The notes under the pieces were generated by a model. That model worked only from the letters and a program-made list of their open reading frames with translations. It did no database searches and had not been told where the DNA came from. DNA of 64,000 nucleotides, from assembly GCA_029210645.1 (NCBI GenBank), contig JARGFT010000007.1, positions 55,297 through 119,296 on the forward strand, in the 5' to 3' direction. Shown piece after piece: positions 15,869-25,626 of the stretch. Within the stretch, counting starts at the first letter, position 1. Every line of letters starts with the position of its first letter. Position numbers and translations under genes: made by a program. The stretch comes from Anaerosomatales bacterium. Its GTDB lineage: Bacteria > Actinomycetota > Coriobacteriia > Anaerosomatales > SLCP01.

Positions 15869-16378
15869 CTACGCGAGCGGTTCCCGGCCGGCCAACACAA
15901 GCCGCTCGGCGCGCCTGAGCAGCAGGGTGTGTGGCAGGTCCGACTTCGACTGAGGCTTTACCAGCACGGTGGTCATGCCGAGGAGGTTGCCGCCGAGCAC
16001 GTCGGTGAAGATCTGGTCGCCGATGACCGCGGCATCACGCGGCGTTGCGCCGAGCGCGGCAAGCCCTTTCCGGAAGGCCGACGGGAACGGCTTGAGCGCT
16101 TTGGCGACGATCGGCAGGCCGATCAGATCGGCGACGCCCTGGACGTGCGCGTGCCAGTTGTTGGAGACCAGACAGGCATCCATGCCGAGTCCCGGAAGCG
16201 CATCGAGCCACTCCCGGACCTCGTCCGGGACGTCGCTGCGGTCCCTCGGCATGAGCGTGTTGTCGAGATCCATCAGAAGATGGCGCACTCCGGCCTCCGT
16301 GAGCATGGCGAGATCGATCTCCGTCACGCTCGAGTAGTACAGATCGGGAGCAAGCATGCCCACCCGTATCTCTCTCAT
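15869..16378 (-). CDS. YqeG-family HAD-IIIA phosphatase
   Basis: HLLMDLDNTLMPRD...LVSNN...KPFPSAF...VIGDQIFTDVLGGNLLGMTTVLVKP aligns by eye with B. subtilis YqeG. Internal ATG at 16378. Confidence 0.75.
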   Translation of the reverse strand: MREIRVGMLAPDLYYSSVTEIDLAMLTEAGVRHLLMDLDNTLMPRDRSDVPDEVREWLDALPGLGMDACLVSNNWHAHVQGVADLIGLPIVAKALKPFPSAFRKGLAALGATPRDAAVIGDQIFTDVLGGNLLGMTTVLVKPQSKSDLPHTLLLRRAERLVLAGREPLA

Positions 16379-16403
16379 GTCGTCGGCTCGGCAGCGGTTC
16401 GGG

Positions 16404-17501
16404 CTACTCCCCGAACACCTCTTTGGAGCGCTCCTTGGCGCGGAGGAACTCCTCGTACGTCTCGGTGAACGTGTGCGACCCGTCCTGGTCGGTGAGCACG
16501 TAGAATACGTAGTCTGTGTCGGCCGGCGAGGCCGCTGCCTTGAGAGATGCGAGCCCCGGGCTGCAGATCGGGCCCGGCGGAAGACCCGCGTTTCGGTACG
16601 TGTTGTACGGGCTGTCGATCTGCAGGTCATCGTAGGTGAGACGGAAGCGCGTGCCGGGCAGTAGATACTCTATCGTCGCATCGATCTCGAGCCGCATGCC
16701 GCGCTCGAGACGGTTATGGATGACCGAGGAGACGGTCGGACGCTCGTCAGCCACGCGTGTCTCCCGTTCGATGATCGAGGCCATCGTGACGAGTTCGTGC
16801 AGCGTGAAGCCGCGGGCCTCGGCCGCGGCGACATCGACCTCCTCAAGCTCGGTCTCGAACTGGTCGAGCATCATCTCGATGACGTCGCGTGCGCCGCTCC
16901 CCTCCTCCACCCGGTATGTCTTCGGAAACAGGTAACCCTCGAGCGAACCCTCCGGGACCTCTCTGAGGTATTCGCGGGGGAACTCATCGTACCCACCGGT
17001 CGCGAGCGCCTCGAACTCGGCGGCCGGGATCCCCGTGTCGCGCTCGACGCGCTCGGCGATCTCGCCGACTACCCACCCCTCGGGAATGGTGACGGTCGTG
17101 TAGGCGATCGGCGGACCGGCGCGCAGCTGGGCGATCGCGTCGGTGTAGGACATGCCCGTCGTCAAGTCGTAGATGCCGGCGCGCAGCTGCCCGTCGGCAC
17201 CCGCACGCCGTGCCTCCAATCGGAACATGTTGGCGTTGCTGACCACGCCGGCCATCGAGAGACGCTCGGCGATCGCCGCCGTCGACGCGCCCTGCGCGAT
17301 CTCCACCTGGACTTCCTGACCCGGCTCGACCCCGGCGGCATCCGGCCGGAGGAAGAGATACCACCAGGCACCCGCTGCGCCGGCGGCGAGAAGCACGAGG
17401 ACGATCCCGACGAGCGCGAACGCCACCCCGACGCGCGTCGACTGGCGGCGGCGTCTGCGGCCTGGCTCGAGAAGGTCGTCCGTGTCGTACCTACGTCCCA
17501 T
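16404..17501 (-). CDS. mltG: Endolytic murein transglycosylase MltG (YceG family)
   Basis: N-terminal TM helix, LysM-like segment, EGYLFPKTY, ASIIERE, YNTYRNAGLPPGPICSPG. Internal ATG at 17501; the ORF-track extension overlaps ruvX out of frame. Confidence 0.9.
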   Translation of the reverse strand: MGRRYDTDDLLEPGRRRRRQSTRVGVAFALVGIVLVLLAAGAAGAWWYLFLRPDAAGVEPGQEVQVEIAQGASTAAIAERLSMAGVVSNANMFRLEARRAGADGQLRAGIYDLTTGMSYTDAIAQLRAGPPIAYTTVTIPEGWVVGEIAERVERDTGIPAAEFEALATGGYDEFPREYLREVPEGSLEGYLFPKTYRVEEGSGARDVIEMMLDQFETELEEVDVAAAEARGFTLHELVTMASIIERETRVADERPTVSSVIHNRLERGMRLEIDATIEYLLPGTRFRLTYDDLQIDSPYNTYRNAGLPPGPICSPGLASLKAAASPADTDYVFYVLTDQDGSHTFTETYEEFLRAKERSKEVFGE

Positions 17502-17934
17502 CAGCACTCCCGTTTTCAGGCTCAAACTCGGCAGCCCCGCCTGCGTCAAGAAACGACTGCAGGAAGATGGCGGCCGCCACCTTGTCGACCGTGCCGCGCC
17601 GCTTCTTCGACGATGTGCCCCCGGCCATGGCGCGGTTGGCCTGTGCGCTCGACAGCCTCTCGTCATGATAAACGAGCGGGACCTCGAGACGGCCGGCGAT
17701 GCGCTCGGCGACGGTGCGCACGTTGCTGGCTTGCGGACCTTCGTCTCCGCCGAGGGTGAGCGGCAGCCCCGCCACCACGAGCCCGACGCCGTACTCCTCG
17801 ACCATCGCGGCCACGCGGTCCTCCAGGCGCCCGGTCGCGTCGAGTACCTCGAGCGGAGAGGCGATCGTGCCTCCGGGATCGGAGAGAGCGACACCTACCC
17901 GCCGCTCCCCGATGTCGAGAGCGAGCACCCGCAC
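17491..17934 (-). CDS. ruvX: Pre-16S rRNA nuclease / Holliday-junction-resolvase-like RuvX (YqgF)
   Basis: MRVLALDIGERRVGVALSD...GLPLTLGG...DERLSS...VDKVAAAIFLQSFLD. Confidence 0.9.
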   Translation of the reverse strand: MRVLALDIGERRVGVALSDPGGTIASPLEVLDATGRLEDRVAAMVEEYGVGLVVAGLPLTLGGDEGPQASNVRTVAERIAGRLEVPLVYHDERLSSAQANRAMAGGTSSKKRRGTVDKVAAAIFLQSFLDAGGAAEFEPENGSADGT

Positions 17935-17936
17935 GA

Positions 17937-20567
17937 CTACTCCGGGGCGCCGAGCATGCGACGAGCCTCGGCGAGTGCGCCATCGATGCCCGACGCGTCC
18001 TTGCCACCCGCCTGCGCCATGCCCGGCTTGCCACCGCCGCCACCCCTTATCTGCGGCGAGATGGCCTTGATGACCGCTCCCGCGTCGAACCCGGCGGCTA
18101 CTGCTGCGTCCGAACCGGCTGCCAGCAATAGCGGGCCGCCGTCCGGCGAGACGGTCGCAAGTACGACCGCGCCGCCACCCAGGCGCCCGCGCAGGACGTC
18201 AGCGGTGGTACGTAGCCCCTTCGCCTGCATCTCGGGCAAGCGTGCGATCAGCAGCGGGTAGCCTACGTCGACTGCTGCGCCGAGCATCTCGTCGATACTG
18301 CCTGACGACAGCGTCGTCGTGACACGCTCGGCCGCCGTCTCGAGCTCCTTCACGCGCTTGACCAGCGTCCCGACGCGCTCCGAGACATCGAAGCGCTGGA
18401 TCTTGAGCACGGCTGCGGCCTCGGCGAGCTCGGACTCCTCACGCTGGATGTACTCGAGGGCATCGAACGAGGTCACGGCCTCGATGCGCCGCAGGTTCGC
18501 ACCAACGCTCCCCTCGGAAACGACCTTGACCAGACCGATCTCGGTAGTCCGCGCGACATGCGTACCACCGCACAGCTCCTTGCTGAAGTTGCCGACCTCG
18601 AGCACGCGGACGAACTCCCCGTACTTCTCGCCGAAGAGCGCGGTGACGCCCGCCTCCTTGGCCGAGCGAAGCGAGGTCTCGTAGCTGCGCACCGGATGGT
18701 TCTCCATCACCTTGGCGTTGACCATGCGCTCGACCTTCTCGAGCTGATCGGCGCCGGGCGCCTCGAAGTGGGTGAAGTCGAAGCGGAAGCGATCGGGCGC
18801 GACGAGCGAGCCCGACTGGTGCACATGATCGCCGAGCACGAGGCGCAGTGCCCAGTGCATCAGGTGGGTGGCGGTATGGTTGCGACGGATGCGCTCGCGA
18901 CGCATGACGTCGATGGTGGCCGTGACGGTGTCTCCGAGCCTCAGCGAGCCGGAAGCGAGCGTCCCCCGGTGGGACACCAGTCCGGCAAGCGGGAAGATGG
19001 TGTCGGCGACCTCGAAGACCGCCCCGCCCTCGCTCGCGATCACACCGTGGTCCCCGACCTGCCCGCCCTGCTCCGCGTAGAACGGTGTCCGATCGAGCAC
19101 GACCTCGGCAGCAGTGCCCTCGGCGACCTCATCGGCCGGCGCCCCGTCGACGACAAGCCCGACTACCGTCGCAACGGCATCGTCGCTCTCGTAGCCGACG
19201 AACTCCGTCTGACCGACCCGCGATGCGATGTCGTTGAACGCGCTCGCAAACGACGTCCAGGATTCGTCCTTGACGGCCGCCCGGGCACGGTCGCGCTGCG
19301 CGGCCATCTCGACCTCGAAGAGCGCCATGTCCACGCCCAGGCCAGCCTCGGCAACGATCTCAGCCGTCAGCTCGACCGGGAATCCATAGGTGTCGTGCAG
19401 CGTGAATGCGGTCGCACCGTCAAGCTCGGCGACGCCTGCTTCTTTCAGTCGATCGATTTCGGCATCGAGAAACCCGAGGCCCTGACGTAGCGTCGTCGAG
19501 AAGCGCTGCTCCTCGGACTCGGAGATGCGCCTCACGAGATCGTGGTGCTCGACGACCTCGGGGTACGCATCGCCCATCGTCTCCACGACGACATCGATCA
19601 TCTCTGCAAGCAGCGGATCGGTACGCCCCAACAGCCGCCCGTGGCGGATGGCCCGGCGCAGCAAGCGGCGCAGCACGTAGCCGCGACCCTCGTTGGAGGG
19701 CAGCACGCCGTCGGCGATCAGGAAGGTCACCGCCCGCGCGTGATCGGTGAGGATGCGCAGTGAGGTATCGATCTTCTCCGAGGTGCCGTAGGTCGCGCCG
19801 GTGAGCTCCTCGGCACGCGCCATGATGCGGCGTAGCTCGTCGGTCTCGAAGTTCGAGTGCACGCCTTGCATGATCGTCGCGATCCGCTCGAGACCCATGC
19901 CGGTGTCGATGTTCTGCTTGGGTAGTGGAGTCAGTGTGCCGTCCTCGGCGCGATCGAACTGCATGAAGACGAGGTTCCAGTACTCGAGGAAGCGGTCGCA
20001 ATCACACCCCGGAGCACACGAATCGAGCCCGCAGCCGACCTCGGGACCCTGGTCGTAGTAGAGCTCCGAGCACGGACCGCAGGGTCCGGTGGGCCCTGCC
20101 GACCAGAAGTTGTCCTTGGCGCCCATGCGCACGATGCGCTCGCGCGGGACACCGACCTCCTCGGCCCAGATGCGCTCGGCCTCGTCGTCGTCCTCGTAGA
20201 TCGAGTACCACAGGCGGTCGGGATCGAGCCCGAGCACGTCGACCGAGTACTCCTGCGCCCACGCGCACGCCTCGCTCTTGAAGTAGTCGCCGAAGCTGAA
20301 GTTGCCGAGCATCTCGAAGAAGCTGTGATGGCGGTTGGTGGTACCGATGATGTCGATGTCGGTGGTGCGCACGCACTTCTGACACGTGGTCGCCCGGGTG
20401 AACCCGAGGTTCTTCACGCCGAGGAAGACCGGCTTGAACTGGACCATCCCTGCCGACGTGAGCAGAAGCGAGGGATCGTCGGGCACGAGCGAGGAACTCG
20501 GCAGCCTGCGCGCTCCCTTGCTCTCGAAATAGGAAAGGAAGCTCTCCCTGATGTCGGCTGTCTTCAC
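17937..20567 (-). CDS. alaS: Alanine--tRNA ligase
   Basis: 876 aa. FFEMLGNFSFGDYFK, WNLVFMQF, HTATHLMHWALR, C-terminal DHHA1-like GGGGKPGMAQAGG. Confidence 0.95.
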   Translation of the reverse strand: MKTADIRESFLSYFESKGARRLPSSSLVPDDPSLLLTSAGMVQFKPVFLGVKNLGFTRATTCQKCVRTTDIDIIGTTNRHHSFFEMLGNFSFGDYFKSEACAWAQEYSVDVLGLDPDRLWYSIYEDDDEAERIWAEEVGVPRERIVRMGAKDNFWSAGPTGPCGPCSELYYDQGPEVGCGLDSCAPGCDCDRFLEYWNLVFMQFDRAEDGTLTPLPKQNIDTGMGLERIATIMQGVHSNFETDELRRIMARAEELTGATYGTSEKIDTSLRILTDHARAVTFLIADGVLPSNEGRGYVLRRLLRRAIRHGRLLGRTDPLLAEMIDVVVETMGDAYPEVVEHHDLVRRISESEEQRFSTTLRQGLGFLDAEIDRLKEAGVAELDGATAFTLHDTYGFPVELTAEIVAEAGLGVDMALFEVEMAAQRDRARAAVKDESWTSFASAFNDIASRVGQTEFVGYESDDAVATVVGLVVDGAPADEVAEGTAAEVVLDRTPFYAEQGGQVGDHGVIASEGGAVFEVADTIFPLAGLVSHRGTLASGSLRLGDTVTATIDVMRRERIRRNHTATHLMHWALRLVLGDHVHQSGSLVAPDRFRFDFTHFEAPGADQLEKVERMVNAKVMENHPVRSYETSLRSAKEAGVTALFGEKYGEFVRVLEVGNFSKELCGGTHVARTTEIGLVKVVSEGSVGANLRRIEAVTSFDALEYIQREESELAEAAAVLKIQRFDVSERVGTLVKRVKELETAAERVTTTLSSGSIDEMLGAAVDVGYPLLIARLPEMQAKGLRTTADVLRGRLGGGAVVLATVSPDGGPLLLAAGSDAAVAAGFDAGAVIKAISPQIRGGGGGKPGMAQAGGKDASGIDGALAEARRMLGAPE

Positions 20568-20577
20568 TCAACTCTCC

Positions 20578-21816
20578 TTAGGGTATGTCCGGGTCACACG
20601 GCGTATCGCCTGGGCGTCCCTCGTCTCCGGGCGCACTGTCTTCATCGACGGGGACGCACTCGTCGTCGCGCATCACGCCGCGCCGCTTCGGCTTGCGGAA
20701 CAGCGCACCCTTCTCGTGCGAGATGCTCGACGCGGTCCACTTCTCGTAGTAGTGGACGAACATCACCTTCGCCACTCCGGCGATCGGAACCGCGAGCAAC
20801 ATGCCAATCAGGCCAAAGAGGGTCGCGCCGACGAGCAACGAGAGTATCACTAAGACAGGATGCAGGTGTACCTGGTCCGACATGACCCGCGGCTGAAGGA
20901 AGGTCGACTCGAGCTGCTGAATGACGACGATGTAGACGACGGTCCAGAGCACGAGCTGGGGGCTGACGAACGCCGCGGAGATCGCCGCTATCGCCCCGCC
21001 CACAAGCGGCCCGAGATACGGGATCAGGTTGGTAATCCCGGCAATGAGTCCGATGAGCAGCGCATAGGGCACGCCGAGGACAAACAAGCCGACTGCGGTC
21101 AGTACGCCCACGATGAGCGCTATGATGCCCTGTCCTCGTATGAACCCTTCGACGACGTCGGTCACCTCCGTCGCAAGGTTGAAGGATTCCTCCTGACGGG
21201 CGGGTCCGGGAAGCGACAAGAGCTCGGACTTCAGCGTGGGTAGGTCGCGGAGCACGAAGAACGCCAGAGCGAGTGCGAGGAAGACGTTAAGGAAGAAGCC
21301 GAGGATCTGACCCCCGATGCTGATAGCCGCCTGCGCCAGATTGCGCGACGCGCCTGTCAGCCACGAGATGATGCTGTCCCGCGCGGCCTCGCCTGCATCG
21401 GTGATCCAGCCCGGGAGTTCGATGGCCAGGTACTCGCCCTCGATCTGACTCCATATCCCGAAGGCGGAGTCGTAGTAGCGGGGGAAGTCCTCCGAGAAGG
21501 AGCGGAACTCGGCACCTACGGCCGGTATCACGAAGACCCCGAAGACAGTCAGAGCGGCCGCACCGATGAGGTAGCACGCGACGACCGCGAGCGAGCGCGA
21601 CAGACCTGCCGCCTCAAGGCGTTTGACCGGGCGGCGCAGGACGAAGACAACGACGAGCGCGAGAAGAAGCGGGGTGAGTGCTCCCGCGATCCGGCTGAAG
21701 GCCCACAATCCGGCAGCAACGAGCACGAACACGCCGATCAGCGCCCAGCTGATCGTCGAGAGCCGTCGCCAGCTCTCCAGCCGCCGCTCCGTCAGCTGCT
21801 CGGACATACCCCTCAA
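20578..21816 (-). CDS. AI-2E family (PerM/UPF0118) membrane transporter
   Basis: Polytopic, with GLIAGITNLIPYLGPLVGGAIAAI. Overlaps the sigma gene stop by 4 nt. Confidence 0.8.
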   Translation of the reverse strand: MRGMSEQLTERRLESWRRLSTISWALIGVFVLVAAGLWAFSRIAGALTPLLLALVVVFVLRRPVKRLEAAGLSRSLAVVACYLIGAAALTVFGVFVIPAVGAEFRSFSEDFPRYYDSAFGIWSQIEGEYLAIELPGWITDAGEAARDSIISWLTGASRNLAQAAISIGGQILGFFLNVFLALALAFFVLRDLPTLKSELLSLPGPARQEESFNLATEVTDVVEGFIRGQGIIALIVGVLTAVGLFVLGVPYALLIGLIAGITNLIPYLGPLVGGAIAAISAAFVSPQLVLWTVVYIVVIQQLESTFLQPRVMSDQVHLHPVLVILSLLVGATLFGLIGMLLAVPIAGVAKVMFVHYYEKWTASSISHEKGALFRKPKRRGVMRDDECVPVDEDSAPGDEGRPGDTPCDPDIP

Positions 21817-22601
21817 TCCCTCACGATGTTCTCGCGCAGCACCTTCAGGGTCTTGCGCAGCAACCGGGACACCTGCATCTGAGAGATCTCCAGTTGCCTG
21901 GCGATCTCGGTCTGGGTAAGGCCCTCGAAGAACCTCAGGTACAGCACGCGCTGTTCCAGCGGCGTCAGGAACTTCAGCGCTGCAGCGAGCGTCGTCCGAT
22001 CGTCAACAACAGCCATCAGTGCGTCGTCCTTACCGATGTACTCGAGGATAGAGAAGGTATCGGAGCCGTCCCCTCCCCGGTCGCTCTCGAGCGAGACGAA
22101 GTTGTAGGCCTCGCTCGTCTCCATCGCCTCGAGGACCTCCTCGGTGGTCACGCCGATGTGCTCGGCGATCTCCGGGATCGAGGGCGAGCGCTGGAGCTTC
22201 TGGGTCAGTGCGTCCATCGCCTGGTTCACCCGGAAGGAGAGCTCCTGGAGGCGGCGAGGAACCTTGATCGCCCACCCCTTGTCGCGAAAGTAGCGCTTGA
22301 GCTCACCGACGATGGTCGGCGTCGCGTACGTGGTGAACTCGACCTGGCGGTCGGTGTCGAAGCGGTCGATCGCCTTGATGAGCCCGATCGTGCCCACCTG
22401 GATGAGATCGTCGATGGGTTCTCCGCGGTTGCGGAACCGGCTGGCCAGGTACTTCACCAGGTTGAGATACATCGTGATGAGCTCGTCGCGTGCCGCCTCG
22501 TCGCCTTCGAGACGATACCGGCGAAAGAGCTCGCGGGTGAGCTGTTTGTCCCAGGTGAGTTTGCGGGACTTGTTGCCGGTGTTGTTCCTAGCTACCGGCA
22601 T
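21813..22601 (-). CDS. Group-3 RNA polymerase sigma factor, SigB/SigF-like
   Basis: DLIQVGTIGLIKAIDRFD, YATPTIVGELKRYFRDKGWAIKVPRRLQEL, QRSPSIPEIAEHIGVTTEEVLEAME, TQTEIARQLEISQMQVSRLLRK; aligns by eye with B. subtilis SigB. Confidence 0.85.
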   Translation of the reverse strand: MPVARNNTGNKSRKLTWDKQLTRELFRRYRLEGDEAARDELITMYLNLVKYLASRFRNRGEPIDDLIQVGTIGLIKAIDRFDTDRQVEFTTYATPTIVGELKRYFRDKGWAIKVPRRLQELSFRVNQAMDALTQKLQRSPSIPEIAEHIGVTTEEVLEAMETSEAYNFVSLESDRGGDGSDTFSILEYIGKDDALMAVVDDRTTLAAALKFLTPLEQRVLYLRFFEGLTQTEIARQLEISQMQVSRLLRKTLKVLRENIVRD

Positions 22602-22992
22602 CGGCAGGCTCCGGCGCCAGGTGCTTGGTGATCTTCAGATACTGCCCTTCAAGGTCGGAGGAGAGCTCGTAGTGGTCGCACACGGACTGCAGTATGAAGG
22701 TCGCGTAGGCCGCCCTGCGCTCGGCATCCTCGTCGGTTGCCCGCTGCCCCTGAGGAAGACGCACCGCCATGTGCACCATCTCGTCGTCGAGCACGAACTC
22801 GATGGTCACCTCGCTGTCGTCATCGGCATGATCGCACGCGTAGACGAAGAGCTCCTCTGCGGCGATGCGCACATCGTCGAGGTCGTCGTAGGTCGCGCCC
22901 ATGCGACTGACCAGCGCGGAGGCGGTCATGCGCACGGCCTTCGCGTACTCCGCACGCGATGGTACGCACAAGGTTATCCGGTCTGCTGACAT
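22588..22992 (-). CDS. RsbW/UsfX-like anti-sigma factor (HATPase-like fold, ATP-lid G-boxes not evident)
   Basis: 134 aa, 14-nt overlap with the sigma gene. ITLCVPSRAEYAKAVRMTASALVSRMG...DDVRIAAEELFVYA resembles the N-terminal half of anti-sigma Ser kinases. No DxGxG motif found. Confidence 0.55.
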   Translation of the reverse strand: MSADRITLCVPSRAEYAKAVRMTASALVSRMGATYDDLDDVRIAAEELFVYACDHADDDSEVTIEFVLDDEMVHMAVRLPQGQRATDEDAERRAAYATFILQSVCDHYELSSDLEGQYLKITKHLAPEPADAGS

Positions 22993-23009
22993 CGTTCCTC
23001 CGGTCGGAT

Positions 23010-23390
23010 CTAGTGGTCGTCGGTCGGGCCGGTCTGCGCAGCCCGGTGTCGCTTCGCCCTGTGCCAGGCCGTACGGATGCGCTCGCCCGCCGTGCTGACC
23101 GCAGTTGCGGGAAGGTTCACCGCGTCCTGGACCACGTTCACGGTGTGGCTCACCTTCGAGGAGAGCACCTCGACCTCACCGATGATCGTGTCGACTCTCA
23201 GCAGTTCCACGTTGAGGGCATCGACGGTCACGTCGGCCTTGGCGATCAGCGGCGGCACCGAGCGCTTCAACTCATCGGCAAGGGTGCGCACGGATCTCAG
23301 CGTGCGCACCAGCTCCACCAGGGCGAACACCACGAAGCCGCACACGATCAGAGCGGCCACGATGAGTGCGATGAGGAGTCCCTCAGACAC
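23010..23390 (-). CDS. DUF948-like membrane-anchored coiled-coil protein
   Basis: N-terminal TM helix (LLIALIVAALIVCGFVVFAL) followed by heptad-like helices; conserved position next to rarA/alaS in Actinomycetota. Confidence 0.6.
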   Translation of the reverse strand: MSEGLLIALIVAALIVCGFVVFALVELVRTLRSVRTLADELKRSVPPLIAKADVTVDALNVELLRVDTIIGEVEVLSSKVSHTVNVVQDAVNLPATAVSTAGERIRTAWHRAKRHRAAQTGPTDDH

Positions 23391-23452
23391 GTCTGCTTCT
23401 AGCCTCTCAACCGCCCGTCAGGCACCCGTCAAGTGTAGCAGAGCAGGGCCGC

Positions 23453-24793
23453 TCACCTGCGTCCCGAAGGTCTCTCCTCCGTATCTTCGGGGTTACCTCC
23501 GGCTGCATGCCCTTCGGCGCCCGCATGACCCGGTCGCCAGAACGCTCCCCGCTCGATCCCATCGGGCAGGTACTGTTGCGCACGCCCCTCAGCGGGGCGG
23601 TCGTGCGGGTAGACGTAGCCGACTCCCCTACCCAGCGGCTTGGCCCCGGGATAGTGGCCGTCGCGCAGGTGGTTCGGCACCGCGCGAGCAGGGCCCTCGC
23701 GGACCTCGGCAAGCGCCCGGTCGATGGCGATGATCGAGGCATTGGACTTGGGAGCAAGCGCCATGTAGATGGCGGCCTGCACGAGGTTGATTCGGCACTC
23801 GGGCCACCCCACGAACTCGGCTGCCTTGACGGCTGCATGCGCGACAAGCAGTGCACGCGGGTCGGCATTGCCGACGTCCTCGGAGGCGAAGATGAGTATC
23901 CGCCTGGCGATGAACTTCGGGTCCTCTCCCCCGTGGATCATCCGTGCGAGCCAGTACACCGCAGCGTCGGGATCCGAGCCCCGCATCGACTTGATGAACG
24001 CCGAGATCACATCGTAGTGGACGTCGCCGGTCTTGTCGTAGGACAGCGTGCGCGTCGGGACGGCCGCACGTACCGCTTCCAGGTCGACCTTACGAGGAGC
24101 ACCCTCGGACGCAGGCGCTTCCGCTCCGGCAGCTGCGAACTCGAGGGTCGCGAGCGCGACCCGGGCATCGCCGCCGGCGAGCGTCACGAGCGCGTCCTCG
24201 GCAGGCCCGTCTAGCTCGACCGTCCCGCCCAGTCCCCGCTCGTCATGGACCGCCCTGCGGACGATCTCGCGGATGGCGTCATCGGCGAGCGGCGTGAGCT
24301 CGATGACGCGCGAGCGGCTAATGAGCGGCGCGTTCACCTCGAAGAACGGGTTTTCCGTGGTCGCACCAACGAGAACGACCAGGTTGTCCTCGACCGCATG
24401 AAGAAGCGCGTCCTGCTGGGACTTCGAGAAACGGTGGATCTCGTCGACGAACAGGATCGTGCGCTGGCCCGATTCGCCGAGACGGTGCCGCGCGCCCTCG
24501 ATAGCGGCGCGTATATCGGCCACCCCGGAGGTCACCGCCGAGACCTCGGCGAAGTACGCCCTGGTTGCGCCGGCGATGATGCGAGCGAGCGTGGTCTTAC
24601 CCGTGCCGGGCGGACCGTAGAGGATAAACGGCGAGAGGTCGTCGCGTTCGATGGCGCTGCGCAGCAACGTGCCGGGACCGACGGCGGCCTGCTGGCCGAC
24701 GAACTCGTCGAGCGAGCGGGGACGCATCCTCACCGCCAGCGGAGCACTCTGGTCCCGGGCGCGGTCGGCCTGCTCGTCGAAGAGCGAGTCCAC
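23453..24793 (-). CDS. rarA: Replication-associated recombination protein A (MgsA/RarA AAA+ ATPase)
   Basis: LAVRMRPRSLDEFVGQQ, LYGPPGTGKTTLARIIA, LFVDEIHRF, GATTENP, MgsA C-terminal HYDVISAFIKSMRGSDPDAA. Confidence 0.9.
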   Translation of the reverse strand: MDSLFDEQADRARDQSAPLAVRMRPRSLDEFVGQQAAVGPGTLLRSAIERDDLSPFILYGPPGTGKTTLARIIAGATRAYFAEVSAVTSGVADIRAAIEGARHRLGESGQRTILFVDEIHRFSKSQQDALLHAVEDNLVVLVGATTENPFFEVNAPLISRSRVIELTPLADDAIREIVRRAVHDERGLGGTVELDGPAEDALVTLAGGDARVALATLEFAAAGAEAPASEGAPRKVDLEAVRAAVPTRTLSYDKTGDVHYDVISAFIKSMRGSDPDAAVYWLARMIHGGEDPKFIARRILIFASEDVGNADPRALLVAHAAVKAAEFVGWPECRINLVQAAIYMALAPKSNASIIAIDRALAEVREGPARAVPNHLRDGHYPGAKPLGRGVGYVYPHDRPAEGRAQQYLPDGIERGAFWRPGHAGAEGHAAGGNPEDTEERPSGRR

Positions 24794-24796
24794 ACG

Positions 24797-25384
24797 CTAC
24801 TCCGTGACCCTGAGCACCTCGCGCTCGAGCGTCTTGTCATCGGAGATGCCGCGATGGCGCCAGGTGACGTAGCCCTGGTCATCGACGATCAGCACGAAGG
24901 GCGTGAACCGGATGTCGAGGTGATCGGCATCGATCATGCGCGTGACCTGCTTGGCGGTCTCATCGTCAGCCAAGCCCGGCTGGACGGTTATCGTTCCCCG
25001 GGCATCCTGCGTGACGTAGGCGCCGAGGTTGAACGAGACGACGTCGATCAGGCCCCGGTACGTCTCGGTCACGCTCCGGATGATGTCTTCCTGATCGTCG
25101 GTGGTCTTCTGCGAGTCATCGTAGAAGACGATGATCATCGGCTGACCGGCTTCCAGGCGGCTCAGTATCGCATCGGGTGCGCCGAGCTCGGAGTCGACCG
25201 GGAACGGCTCGTAGACCTGCTCCTCGAGCGGGGAAAGATCGACGGCCTCGTCCACAGGAGGTGGCGGGGGTGCGGCAGCGCCCGTGTCGGGGGCGGCTTC
25301 GGGCTCGTCGGACGCCCCTCCGCCACACGCTACCAGGGTGAGTGCGAGAAGTGCGACGATGAGTACTGCGACTGTCCTGCGCAT
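24797..25384 (-). CDS. Lipoprotein, possibly thioredoxin-like fold without CxxC
   Basis: Signal peptide plus lipobox LALTLVAC|GG. No recognisable catalytic motif. Confidence 0.55.
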   Translation of the reverse strand: MRRTVAVLIVALLALTLVACGGGASDEPEAAPDTGAAAPPPPPVDEAVDLSPLEEQVYEPFPVDSELGAPDAILSRLEAGQPMIIVFYDDSQKTTDDQEDIIRSVTETYRGLIDVVSFNLGAYVTQDARGTITVQPGLADDETAKQVTRMIDADHLDIRFTPFVLIVDDQGYVTWRHRGISDDKTLEREVLRVTE

Positions 25385-25446
25385 GCTCTTCTTCCTCCGC
25401 TCAGGCGCTGAACGCGACCTCGCCTTGCCGTGTCTCCGACTCGGTG

Positions 25447-25519
25447 AACCTGCCTCGGCAGGTGGGTGCCCGCACCTTCAACTTCCAGCTTCCCCTTACG
25501 GGGATACCCTTCCGCGAAG
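25447..25519 (-). promoter_or_regulatory. Cluster of four tight hairpins in a long leader (unassigned structured RNA)
   Basis: Minus-strand RNA contains CCUUC-GCG-GAAGG, UCCCC-GUAA-GGGGA (GNRA loop), GGUGC-GG-GCACC and ACCUGCC-GAG-GCAGGU back to back inside the largest non-coding gap (25385-25646). Confidence 0.3.
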
Positions 25520-25597
25520 GAATGATGAGGCTCCCGTCCAAAAAGTGTTGGTTCAACCGTTATGTGTCGAAGCCACGAGCAAGGCGAAGTACATTGT

Positions 25598-25626
25598 CAG
25601 TGTAGCGCGTGGGGGACGGGGTCACA
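25598..25626 (-). promoter_or_regulatory. Candidate sigma-70 promoter (TTGTGA-N17-TACACT) for the lipoprotein-rarA transcript
   Basis: Read on the minus strand; it would give a leader of about 200 nt. By-eye match only. Confidence 0.35.

Noticed and set aside
20568-20577. T-box leaders upstream of alaS, hisS or aspS
   Set aside because: The gaps are 10 nt (alaS), 96 nt (hisS) and 15 nt (aspS), all too short. No specifier or T-box sequence was seen.
21813-22601. Sigma factor considered as the FliA/WhiG that would read the GCCGATA promoters
   Set aside because: The sequence aligns by eye with SigB/SigF (KVPRRLQEL, QRSPSIPEIAE, ISQMQVSRLLRK), and it is paired with an RsbW-like anti-sigma. A sigma-28 gene must lie outside the window, if it exists.
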